Source: an uncultured Verrucomicrobiae bacterium (GTDB lineage Bacteria > Verrucomicrobiota > Verrucomicrobiia > Chthoniobacterales > Chthoniobacteraceae). Taken from it: a stretch of 64,000 bases of DNA. The stretch covers positions 1-64,000 of the forward strand of contig CAWHEP010000016.1 of assembly GCA_963828525.1 (NCBI GenBank), given 5' to 3'. Made by a program: the position numbers and the translations under genes. The notes under the pieces are model-generated. The model searched no databases. It was not told the DNA's origin and saw only the letters and a list, made by a program, of their open reading frames with translations. Below, in pieces: positions 40,850 through 51,400 of this stretch (positions are counted from its first letter, which is position 1; the number at the start of each line of letters is the position of its first letter).

Positions 40850-40966
40850 GATACGCCTCCGCAAAGGCTCGGCTTCGTTGATGCAGGCGGACGTCTCGCC
40901 CTGGATGTGGACGCGCTCTGCCAGAAGCTCCGCTTCCGGCTAATTGCGGCTCATCCCAAGTCTCCT

Positions 40967-42224
40967 GTGCGATACCTTAAAGTTGCTTTATGTGCGGGGC
41001 GTGCGCCGCCCTCCTCGTGGCCGGCGCGTGCGAGTCGCATCTATTTCCATCCGCTGGATCTTGCCTTATGGAGCTTTCTGGGCAGGGCTTCGACCCCCCC
41101 GTGGGTTCACCGATCCCCTGGCCAATACCTTCTCGTCATTGCGCTGAGTTTTGCGATTGCGTGGACTACCATCGATATTCATAGGCGCTCTCTGAAGATC
41201 GTCGTCGGAGTGGGCGCTCTGCTCCAGATGATCAGCATCGCCTGGGTCCTGAATCTTTATCGGATTTTCTTTTCTCCCTTTCCGGGGATTATGGCCATTC
41301 TGCTGAGCTTCGGCGCTGGCTTTGCCTATTCGCGCAGCGAAGGCGGGAAGCGGAAGCGCGTGGTGCGCCTCATGTTCGGCGAGCGCGTATCCACAGAAGA
41401 CCTTTTATTCACTCATCAACTCTGACGCGTCACTGAATTTTGAAGGCGAGATGCGCGAGGCGTCCGTGCTGGTTTGCGAGATATTCAATCACAATGAATT
41501 GATGGACAATCTGCCGGTGGCGGATTACGTCGCGATGACCAACTCATTCCTGCGCAACGGCGCGGATTTTCTCGTGGAAAAGGGAGGCTATCTGGATGAA
41601 TGCGATGGCGAAAGCCTCCGCGTGATCTTCGGCACGCCGCTTCCCGATAAGGATCATGCGACGCATGCGTGCGCCGCTGGCCTGGAGCTTGTTCGCAGGC
41701 TCGACCAGGTGAATCAGGAGTGCCACGCGCTATGGCACGAAAAGTTTGATTTCAGGATCGGGATCAACTCTGGCGAGATGGTGACCGCGGCCTACGGCTC
41801 AAAGAGATTCGGAACTTTCAGCGTGGCAGGCGAGTGCGTGGAATTTGCCCGGCGACTATGCGCGGCCAACGTTTTCTACGGCTCCAAAATCCTCATCGGC
41901 TCCGGCGCTTTCGAGCTCGCCTCGAACTCCATTGAGGTTCGCCCAATCGAGCTGATCCGCGGCAGAGGAGACCGCAGCCGGGAAGAAGTGTATGAGCTGC
42001 TTGCCCTCAAGGATATCCTCTCAGAGGAGGATCTGCGCCGCCGAGACCTTTTCTGGAAAGGTGTTGTGTGCTACCGCGAGCAGCGGTGGAATGAGGCGCT
42101 CGATCATTTTCACGCGGCTCTCACCCTGCACGGCAACGATGCTCCACTGGAATTCTACGTGCGCAGGATCGAGCATCTCCGGACTGGCACACCGGCGCTG
42201 GAATGGGAGAGCGCCCGCTTTTGA
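40967..42224 (+). CDS. Membrane-anchored class III adenylate/guanylate cyclase-like protein; frameshifted near 41000-41040 and near 41395
   Basis: TM region, then a cyclase fold (FRIGINSGEM, ARRL, ILI, IRGR..EVYELL) and a C-terminal TPR-like helix. Confidence 0.75.
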
Positions 42225-42253
42225 ACTTCCGCAAGCGGGGCAGAGGCTGACGA

Positions 42254-42874
42254 GTGAAACGCGTTGAATATCCTTCCGCTGTTCAGGCCCTGACCGCGCA
42301 ACTCCGCCGGATGCCCGGCATAGGCCCGCGCAGCGCGGAAAGGATCGCCCTGTGGCTTGTTCTTTCCAAGGATGCTCGTCCGCTTGAAATAGCAGCGTCC
42401 GTGCGTGAAGCCGGAGAGCGTATTCGGCCTTGTTCGAAGTGCGGATTCTTCGCGGAGAGTGAGACTCTGCGATATATGCGCGGACGCAGGCCGGAACGCG
42501 GATCTTCTCTGCGTCGTGGAGCAGGCGACCGATATCCTGCCCTTGGAGACGAACGGGCGCGTTCCGTGGATTCTATCACTCCCTCGGAGGCCGCATCTCC
42601 CCGCTGGATCATATCGGTCCGGAACATTTAAAAATCGATGCGCTCATCGCCGAGGGTGAATGCTGGCATCCCGAAAGAGGTAATACTCGCTCTGGGCGGA
42701 GACGTCGAAGGTGAAGCCACTGCGAATTACCTCGCCGAGCTTTTGGCGCCCCTCCCTGTTTCTGTGACACGCATTGCCCAGGGGATGCCGGCTGGCATGG
42801 GGCTGGAGTCGGCGGACGAGTTAACCCTCAGTCGCGCCTTTGCCGGAAGGCGCGCAATGGCGGGCGGCTTGTAG
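42254..42874 (+). CDS. recR: Recombination mediator RecR; three apparent frameshifts
   Basis: [37 protein letters not shown] and EVILAL...EGEATA are spread across frames. Confidence 0.9.
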
Positions 42875-42916
42875 CGGTATTTGCCAAGGCGTCCCGCGCC
42901 AACGTATAACCCTCGT

Positions 42917-43804
42917 ATGTCTTGCCTGAAAATCGACCCGGCCCTGCACCAGCAGCGCAAGCCGGATTGGATCAAGGTGCGGTTGCCCTCCAATCCCGTC
43001 TTTTTCTCGACCAAGGCGCTCATCTCGGATTTGCGATTGCACACAGTATGCGAAGAGGCCCAATGCCCAAATCGATGGGAATGCTGGAGCCAGGGCACAG
43101 CTACTTTCATGATCGCTGGCGACCGATGCACACGAGCCTGCGGATTTTGCGCCGTTGCAACAGCAAAACCCCTTCCTCTCGAGGAGGACGAACCCGCTCG
43201 CGTGGCGGAGGCGGTGCGCAGGATGAAGCTAAAGCACGTGGTCGTCACCGCCGTCGCGCGGGATGATATAGCGGACGGGGGCGCGGAGCATTTTGCGAGA
43301 ACCATACGCGCGATCCGTGACAGTGATCCCGAGGTTGTCATTGAGGTGCTGGTGCCGGACTTTAACGGTAAAGAGGCTTCACTGCGCGCGGTGATCGATG
43401 CCGCTCCTGATGTATTTAACCATAATCTCGAGACTGTGGCGCGGCTGAGTCCGGTCGTCCGTTCCAGAGCGAAGTATTCGCTCTCCCTCGACGTGCTGAG
43501 GCGCGCGAAAGCAGCTTCGCCAAAGGTTGTCACGAAGAGTGGCGTCATGCTTGGTTTGGGGGAGACGGAAGAAGAGCTCTTCCAGACGATGGATGATCTC
43601 CGTCGCGCAAACGTCCAGGTGTTCACCATCGGCCAGTATCTCCGGCCATCTCCCCAACATCTGCCCGTCGTGGAATACATCCATCCTGACCGCTTCGCGA
43701 AATTCGCGGACGTGGCGTATGGCAAAGGTTTCGAGCACGTCTCTTCCGGGCCGCTTGTTCGGAGTTCCTACCACGCCGGCGACTACCATCCCGCGCGGCG
43801 ATGA
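42917..43804 (+). CDS. lipA: Lipoyl synthase
   Basis: CEEAQCPNRWEC, CTRACGFC and RSSYHA motifs. Confidence 0.97.
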   Translation: MSCLKIDPALHQQRKPDWIKVRLPSNPVFFSTKALISDLRLHTVCEEAQCPNRWECWSQGTATFMIAGDRCTRACGFCAVATAKPLPLEEDEPARVAEAVRRMKLKHVVVTAVARDDIADGGAEHFARTIRAIRDSDPEVVIEVLVPDFNGKEASLRAVIDAAPDVFNHNLETVARLSPVVRSRAKYSLSLDVLRRAKAASPKVVTKSGVMLGLGETEEELFQTMDDLRRANVQVFTIGQYLRPSPQHLPVVEYIHPDRFAKFADVAYGKGFEHVSSGPLVRSSYHAGDYHPARR

Positions 43805-44508
43805 CGCCGCCACTTCCGGCGGCATCGCGCTCCAATGTCCTCGGGCTTATTCCGGCTTTCCGCGAGGAGGCGTTCATTGGGGATGTGGCGAGCCGTACCT
43901 TGCGTCAACTCGACCATGTAATAGCCATCGATGACGGTTCGCCCGACGCCACCGCAGCGAATGCGGCGGCTGCTGGGGCGGAGGTCATACGGCATCCGGA
44001 AAACAAAGGGAAAGGGGCGGCTATCAAGACGGGGTTAAGAGAACTTGTCGCCCGGGGATTCCTCTACTGCATGCTCCTGGATGGGGATGGGCAGCATCTC
44101 CCGGAAGAGATCCCCCGGTTTCTCGATGCGGCGAATGCCTCCGGCGCGCGCTTCATCCTGGGAAATCGCATGGCTGACACGAGGAGTATGCCACTCGCCC
44201 GTCGAATGACGAACAGCCTGATGTCCTCTCAAATCAGTCGGCTCTGCCGGCAGCCCATACCTGACACACAGTGCGGATTCCGAATGATCCACCGGGATTT
44301 GGCGCCGCACCTCGACTGTCCGAGCAATGCCTATGAGTATGAAACGGAGATGCTGCTCATCGCGGCCAGGCGTGGGTTCAAGATCGCTGCTGTGCCTGTC
44401 AGCACCATTTACGGGGACGAGAAAAGCAAAATCCATCCTGTGAGGGATACGATCCGGTTCATGAGGCTGGTACAGCGTTACAGCAGGGATGCCAAGGCGG
44501 GAACTTAG
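43801..44508 (+). CDS. Glycosyltransferase family 2 (DPM1-like)
   Basis: DDGSPD, NKGKG, DGDGQH and DTQCGFR motifs. Confidence 0.92.
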   Translation: MTPPLPAASRSNVLGLIPAFREEAFIGDVASRTLRQLDHVIAIDDGSPDATAANAAAAGAEVIRHPENKGKGAAIKTGLRELVARGFLYCMLLDGDGQHLPEEIPRFLDAANASGARFILGNRMADTRSMPLARRMTNSLMSSQISRLCRQPIPDTQCGFRMIHRDLAPHLDCPSNAYEYETEMLLIAARRGFKIAAVPVSTIYGDEKSKIHPVRDTIRFMRLVQRYSRDAKAGT

Positions 44509-46971
44509 AAGCTTGCGCTCGCGGATCGCTTGAGGATTAGTATCCCCGCGCCGATCAGGCAGGCGCCGAGGATCGCAACGCTCCAGCCCGGCATTGCGGG
44601 GATGGCGGCCAGCGTTGTAAAACTCTGATCGCTGCCGTATGTAGTCGCCTCCCGCGTTCGTCACGACCACCCGGTAATGATAGGTGGCGCCGGGAAGCAA
44701 GCTGCCCAGGGCGAAGCTCGCGGGCGCGCTGCTTGTTCCGCTGCCGACATCCACTGTTGGGGTTGTCTGGCCGTAAGTAACATCTGAGCCGTATTGAAAG
44801 TAGAGTTGGGAGTCGCTGCCATTTGCGTTTGCCGTCGCGTTAAGCGTCGCCCCGGTGCTCGTTGTCTGCGTCGGCGTGGCTGTCTGAGCACCCGGAGCCG
44901 ACGGTTGAAGGAGCATCACCGTCATCGAGTAGGAGGGAAACACCGCGTTGAACAACGGAGAGACGTTGCTGACAGAGGAGGTTGTCAGGTCACCGCCTGC
45001 CGTGTCGTTCGGCTTGCCGTAGCTATAAACGGTCGCGTCCGTTGATGCTGGGAATGAAACCTGAGAAGACTGATCTGCGGAGGCCAAGTCGCTGGCTGGG
45101 CTCTTGTTGACGACAAGCAACGCGAGATGCCCATTTGCCAGACGCGCGGCGCGCGCGGAGAGCAGCGAGTAGTTACTCGTTGCGCTCACAAGGGTGTCGC
45201 CCCCTCTCGCCCAATGCGTGAGCAGCTTTGCCGCATAGAACGAGGGGTATGGCGTGTTTGCCGGCGTCCCGGTCACGTCTCCGCTGGACACAACCCCGTA
45301 GTCGCCATATTGCCTCGCGCCATAGAGAGAGGCGCTGTTGTTGCCGGCGTATGATCCGTTGCGAAGAGCCCACCACACGCAAGAGTTGAACTCCGTGCCC
45401 GCCAAGGTTCCAATCGCATCCGCCATGTAGAGGCCATCCACTAGGCTGACGGTTTGTTTCCCAGGATTGGAACTGACTGAATTCATCTCAGTCACGTCAA
45501 GTTCGATGCCTGCCCCGGCCGCGCCTCCGACATAATCCGTGATCATCTGCCGAAGGTTCGCCGCGTCCGAGATGATTGTCCCGCTCGCCTGGAGGAGCGT
45601 GGCATCCGTCTCGGAACCGGGCCCCTGCGCGTAGCTGTGGTGGATGAGAAAGTGGGGAGTCACCAGCGCTGCTTTCAGCGTCGTCAGCATTACCGGGACC
45701 CACCCGCTGTGGAGCGAGTTGCCCTGGTTTGGGTTGGCCGCCGCATGCGTGCCGTTGCCATAAGAGTCTTGCCCCGGTGTCGCAACCGCGCCGATGCGGA
45801 TGGAGGGATCCACCGCGAGCATCCTAGAGTAGTAAGATGCGAATGCTTGTCCGTAAGTGTAGGGGTCGTGAGCGACTCCACCAAGTCCGCTCCCAGCGTG
45901 TCCGTGCAGGTCGTTTTCCCATCCCCCATAACACTCGTTTCCAATTTCCCAGTATTTGATGGCGAACGGGGCGGGATGCGCGACGCGAAGGAAGTTGTAA
46001 CCGTCATCCGAAGCCAGCGGCGTTGAAGAGCGGATTGTCGCCCAGAAGCCTGTCGTCTGCCAGTTGCGGCCTTTGGAGTCGACGCCCAGCGCGAGCGTCC
46101 CAGACGCGCTCCCATTGTAGTACGCGACCCACGCCGCAGCCTGCTCCGGGGTGCCGCTGCCATAGTTCACGGTGACGAACGCTTGCGATCCCGCATTGGA
46201 GATGACCTTCGCGAACCCGGCCGCGTTATTGACCCACTGAAAGGAGCCATTTGAAACGCTGCGGTCGGTCTGCCAGTCGTAATCATCCGAGCTGCTGCCG
46301 CCCGGGATTCGGATAGCGCCTGTCTGCATTGCGCTCAGCACCGCTCCTGTGGCGGTGCCGCTGAGCAGTGAATCCCAGATCACCGCGTTCGTCCCGTAGA
46401 TGCGGTTGTCGATCGTTCTCGTAGCCGACCCGGCATTTACGGTGATCTGCACCACAGTCGGCGGCGGCGAAGCGACAATGCGTATATCGTCCACGTAAAA
46501 TGTGGGTAATGGGCCGCCGGTGATATTCTGAATCCAAAATCCATCGAAGCTATTGCTATTCGCGACACCGAGGGCACCCAGCGGAACTGTCACCTGCTGC
46601 CAGATCCCAGTCTGCGCCGCGGTGAACGACAGGGTGTATGGAGTCTGCGCGGTGCCGCTCAGTGTCGCTTGGACCTGAAGTTCGTCACTTACCGCGGTCG
46701 TCGGATTGATCCAGAAGCGAAGACTATCATAACCCGCGGAGTTGAAAGCCGCGTGGTGCAGATAAAGCGCCTCATAGTTGGATGTGGAGTCTGTGACACT
46801 GATGGAGTTGCTGCCACTGTGAACCGGGCCTGTCGTCGATTTGTTCACGCTGGCCCAACTATAGTCCTGCCAGGCGTTCTCAAGTGAGTCGTCATAAACA
46901 ACGAGATCCTGTGCTTTACAGGCAAACGACATGGCCATGAGAGCGGCGCCGAAGAGAATGCGGGCATTCAT
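44505..46971 (-). CDS. Secreted clan GH-A glycoside hydrolase (GH51/GH44-like) with CBM-like N-domain, Fn3-like domain and IPTL-CTERM-like tail; frameshift near 44650
   Basis: IRIPGG, VNYGSG, YWEIGNE and VTE motifs. The shifted frame gives TTYGSDQSFTTLAAIPAMPGWSVAILGACLIGAGILILKRSASASF* ending at 44505. Confidence 0.75.
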
Positions 46972-47081
46972 TGAAGGATCTCTAATAACCCATGGGTGGC
47001 CCCGCGTTGCAGCGTCTTATTCCCCGGCTGGCAGTGAGGCTTCCGCCCCGACCCAGAAAACCCGCAAGAGGAATCGGAGAC

Positions 47082-47165
47082 TACCGGCGGAGGGGGTCGA
47101 ACCCACACATTCTTGCGAATACTGGATTTTGAGTCCAGCGCGTCTGCCAATTCCGCCACGCCGGC
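47082..47165 (-). tRNA. tRNA-Leu(CAA)
   Basis: GCCGGCG acceptor stem, CTGGA-CTCAAAA-TCCAG anticodon arm, long variable arm, GTTCGA T-loop; CCA not encoded. Confidence 0.97.
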
Positions 47166-47344
47166 GTGTCTCGAATAATCAGCCATCCATGAAGCTCGCC
47201 TTTAAAGAAGGGATATCCATGTTGACGCTGTTCGTTTACCACCGTCAGGGATTCGCGCAAGCACAAACTGTGGTTGTGGCGGCGCAGCTCCGCTATGGAT
47301 CCTTGAGGGCACCCCGCTGTTCCCTGAAAGGCGACCCAACACCG

Positions 47345-47373
47345 TTGAACAAAACACAAGTTTGCGCTAATCT
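47345..47373 (+). promoter_or_regulatory. Sigma-70-type promoter of the WXG100/FtsK operon
   Basis: TTGAAC-17 nt-TAATCT, 47 nt before ATG 47421. Confidence 0.5.
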
Positions 47374-47420
47374 TCATTCAGGGTCGCAGATTCGCTGCCC
47401 GGCACAGGCACTTTACACTC

Positions 47421-47693
47421 ATGGCGCAGGCTATAATGGATCCGGAGGAAGTCCGGCGATTCGCCCAGGAACTGAAGCGTTTCAACGAGGATGTGCAGAC
47501 GCGCGCCGCCTCTTTGCAGGCGCGATTCATGGCTCTTGGCGGCACTTGGCAGGATCAGGAGCACGAAAAGTTCGCAGAGGAATTTATCTCTACGATGAAG
47601 GTGCTGCGGAAGTTCACTGAAGTCGCCGAGAAACACATTCCCTTTCTCCTCAGGAAAGCGCAGCGCGTGGAGCAATACCTCGATCAGCGTTAG
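47421..47693 (+). CDS. WXG100-family (EsxA-like) protein
   Basis: 90 aa helix-turn-helix, starts MDPEEVRRFA, central TWQD turn followed by F...F. Confidence 0.88.
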   Translation: MAQAIMDPEEVRRFAQELKRFNEDVQTRAASLQARFMALGGTWQDQEHEKFAEEFISTMKVLRKFTEVAEKHIPFLLRKAQRVEQYLDQR

Positions 47694-47698
47694 CACCC

Positions 47699-48241
47699 AT
47701 GGCCGATAAAGCCGAGATCACTTCCATCGAGGCTCTGGACTCATTCAGGGCTAGTCTCATCATTTTTCTTTCAAAAGCGCGGCGCGCTGTTGATGACAGC
47801 CACGACAGCATCCGCCGCACTCGCGTCTGGCTCCAGCACGACCAGAAAACGCGATGGGAAACGGAAACGCGTCGGCGTGAGGGCATCCTGAATCAGGCGG
47901 AACAGGAACTCCTGAGCGCCCGCATTTCGGGTCTGCGCGAAACCGCCCCTGTGCAGCAGGCGGCGGTGCGTAAAGCGCGGGAGTCGCTGGAATTCGCGCG
48001 GGGCAAAACGCGCAAGGTGAAGCAATGGAACCAGGATTATGACGGGAAGTCGGAGCCTCTGGCGAGGGCGATGAGCAGTTTGCGTCAATTCCTCGAAAAG
48101 GAAATTCCTGAAGGGATCGCATTTCTCTCGCGCGCGCAGACCGCTCTCGAAGCGTACGCGGAAGTCCATGTGCCTGTAGCTCCTGGCAAACCAGCTTCAT
48201 CCGCGCTGGAGCCAGCCCCAGAGTTGAGTGAGCCGGCATGA
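47699..48241 (+). CDS. Helical/coiled-coil hypothetical protein in the WXG100 operon
   Basis: 180 aa, all-helical pattern; N-terminus resembles the first WXG100 helix. Confidence 0.75.
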   Translation: MADKAEITSIEALDSFRASLIIFLSKARRAVDDSHDSIRRTRVWLQHDQKTRWETETRRREGILNQAEQELLSARISGLRETAPVQQAAVRKARESLEFARGKTRKVKQWNQDYDGKSEPLARAMSSLRQFLEKEIPEGIAFLSRAQTALEAYAEVHVPVAPGKPASSALEPAPELSEPA

Positions 48242-48450
48242 ACCCGACCGGCAGCGCCCCCAGCCTCGGCCAGGCCGCGAAGGATCTCCTCATCGCTTGG
48301 GAAGAGGCGAAATTCTTCTGGCGCGATGGAAAAGCGGCGGACTTCGAGCACAAGTACATCGCGAGCCTTCCGGAGCATGTGGCCAAAGCCGTAAAGGCGA
48401 TGGGTGAATTGGAAGTTTTGCTTAAGAAAGTAAAATCCGACTGTGAGTGA
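48238..48450 (+). CDS. Short WXG100-like protein
   Basis: 70 aa with FWRD turn followed by F...YI; ATGA overlap with the upstream gene. Confidence 0.7.
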   Translation: MNPTGSAPSLGQAAKDLLIAWEEAKFFWRDGKAADFEHKYIASLPEHVAKAVKAMGELEVLLKKVKSDCE

Positions 48451-51400
48451 GGGCGCCCGCCTTGAGGTTCGCAAGGTTATGGATCTCGCCGCGCGTCTTC
48501 GGGCGACGGTATCCGACTTCGCTGCAAGGGAGGAGCACATCCTCCGGGCCGCCGCCACGGAGCGTCAGAATGCCCGAAGTAAGTGCCAGCAGGGCGCGCA
48601 GCAAGCGTCGGACGCGGCGGCAGGCAGGGTCTCCCGGTTTATAGCTGCCTGCGAAGCGTCTGCTCAAAAGTACACGGATACCCATTCCGCGCGGCGTTCA
48701 AGAATTTTGCGCTTCCAGGCCGCAAGTTTGCGCAGCCTGCCCCGGCGCGCGGTAAACGCGAAAGAATCCTGGATGGGAGAACTCCAGATGGAACGTTTCC
48801 AAGCTGAAAGGAAACGCGACGCGGGGATGCAGGCGGCGGAGCAGCGGTTCAGAGAATCATCCACCGAACTCGCCCGAATGAGGGCGTCCCTTGGCGCGCT
48901 GCGAAGCCGCGCGCGAACATTCTTCGCAGGTTACTTGAGCCTGGGGTTGAAGCTCAAGCGCATCACCGAGACCGGAGCGCCCGCCGGGGCGGAGGACGTC
49001 GAGGGTTCTTTCAAACAATTCCAGGAACACCTCGCCATCGCCGCGGAGCGATTGCGTGTTTTTCGCGCCTTCCTGCTGCCCCGCGTTTTCAGCTACCTGC
49101 CGGTTTACGTTCTTGCTCTTCTGCTGGTGGCCGGCTGCGCGGTGGGCGCGTGGAGCGGCGCGGTGCCGCATTACATTGAATGGGGCGTTGGCGCAGGCTT
49201 TTCGCTCGCTGTCCTGTTTTCAATTCACCACCTCGGCTTTCGTCAATCCAAAGGCGCCGCTATGGGTGCCCTCCGGGCACTGAGCGAAGTGACGGACATG
49301 CACGCCTCGTGCCGCGCCGCTCTCGCAGACAAGCGCGACGGAGATTTTGCGGCCCTCCGGGCACAGTGTGACGAAACACTCGCGAGGATTGAAGCCCGAT
49401 GGAAGGGAGCGGACAGCATTGAAGCTGACTTTGATGGCCGGGCAAGGAGCAGGTTGGAAGCGCGGGTGCCGAGGGTTCTCTCGCGGAATGACGCGCAATT
49501 GCAACGCCGCCTCAGAATAGTCCAGTCGGAGTGTGAGACCGGCAGCAAGGCTTCAACGCTCGAAGCCGCCGAGATCAAGGCGCGGCTGGAAGCAGAACGC
49601 AACTTGCGCCTGACGAGCGTGGAACGCCAAGCGGCGTCATCCATGGAAACTCTGGTGGCTGAGTGGATACGAGAGACAAGCCCGGTTGTGGAAGAAATCT
49701 CCACCCTCCAAAATCTCGCGATCTCTCTGTCCGAACCCTTCACTCCACGGTTTGTGGACGAGTGGAAGCCGCCTGCGCGGTTTGCGGGCGCCGCGCGGTT
49801 TGGGAGTTTAGTCCTCGATCTCGACAGCCTGCCCGCGAAGCCTCGTGACCTCCGTTTGCAGATCGCCGTTGCCAATCCTGTCTCGTTGCCAATGTGCCTC
49901 GTCTTTCCGGAGGCAGGGTCGATGCTTTTTGAGACCAGGGAACCTTGCGGAGGCGCTGTCATGGCCACGATGAACAACATTGTGCTCCGCCTTTTCACGG
50001 CCTCTCCTCCCGGAAAGGTCAGCTTCACGATCATCGATCCGATTGCCTTGGGGCGGAACTTCTCCGGCCTGATGCATCTTTCCGATTATGAGGACAGCCT
50101 GATCAACCGCAAAATCTGGACGCAGAAGGATCAGATCGATGAAAGACTGGGTGAACTGAGCGAGCACATCGAGAAGGTCATCCAGATGTACCTTCGCGAT
50201 GAGTATGCCACCATTGCCGAGTATAACGAGCAAGCGGGGAGCGTCTCGGAGAAGTATCATTTTCTGGTCATAGCGGATTTTCCGGCGGGATTCAGCGAGA
50301 TCGCCAGCAAGAGACTGCGAAGCATTGCTTTGAGCGGCCCCCGTTGCGGAATTTTCACTCTGGCGCACTGGGATCAACGCCAGCAACTCCCCGACGAATT
50401 CGGAGCCGACGAGTTGCGAAGCGCCAGCGTTTGCATCCACTGGGAGAACGGTGTCTCGGTCGCGCGAGGGCAGCAGTCCGGAACTTTGATTCTCGATGAG
50501 CCGCCGGTTACGGAGGTCTCTCTGGCCCTGGTGCATAAGATCGGACAGAGCAGCATCGATTCAAACCGGGTGCAGGTTCCTTTCTCGATGGTTGCTCCTG
50601 CTCCAGATGAGATCTGGAAGGGCGAAACATCCGCGGAGCTGCGGGTTGCCATCGGGAGGACAGGCGCGACCAAGCTGCAGATCCTGGCCATCGGAAAAGG
50701 CACCCGGCAGCACGCGCTGTTTGCCGGCAAGACGGGTTCAGGGAAATCAACCCTGTTTCACGTCATCATCACCAACCTTGCCCTCACGTACAGCCCGGAT
50801 CAGGTTGAGTTCTACCTCATCGATTTCAAAAAGGGGGTCGAGTTCAAATGTTATGCCGCCAGGCGATTGCCACACGCGCGCGTTGTCGCGATCGAGAGCG
50901 ACAGGGAGTTTGGCTTGAGCGTGCTTCAGCGGGTTGACGAGGAACTGAGGAGGCGCGGCGATATGTTCCGCGCGCTGGGGGCGCAGGATATCGCCGGCTA
51001 TAAACGAGCGGGGGGAAAGGAGGCGGTTCCGCGCTGCCTGTTGATCATCGACGAATTTCAAGAGTTCTTTGTTGAAGATGATCAGATAGCCCAGACGGCT
51101 TCGTTGCTCTTTGATCGCATCGTGCGGCAGGGAAGAGCCTTCGGAATCCACGTGCTTCTGGGCTCGCAGACCTTGGGCGGCGCGTATTCCCTGGCGCGCG
51201 CCACTCTCGGACAAATGGTCATAAGAGTAGCGCTGCAATGCAACGAAGCGGACGCCTACCTTATCATGGATGATAGCAATCCCGCGCCCCGTCTCCTTTC
51301 ACGGCCGGGAGAGGGTATTTACAACGACGCGGCGGGGGCGGTGGAGGGCAACAGCCCTTTTCAGGTAGTGTGGCTTCCGGACGAGGAGAGGGACAGATGC

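Noticed and set aside
42727..43725. Long antisense ORFs opposite lipA and, similarly, opposite ilvD, the FtsK gene and the ABC genes
   Set aside because: Typical high-GC shadow ORFs with no recognisable motifs.
44035..44504. C-terminal extension of the 978-aa ORF overlapping the GT2 gene
   Set aside because: Frameshift artefact; the corrected frame stops at 44505.
46997..47011. TGGC...TTGC as a sigma-54 promoter
   Set aside because: The spacing is one base short and it points away from the adjacent gene.
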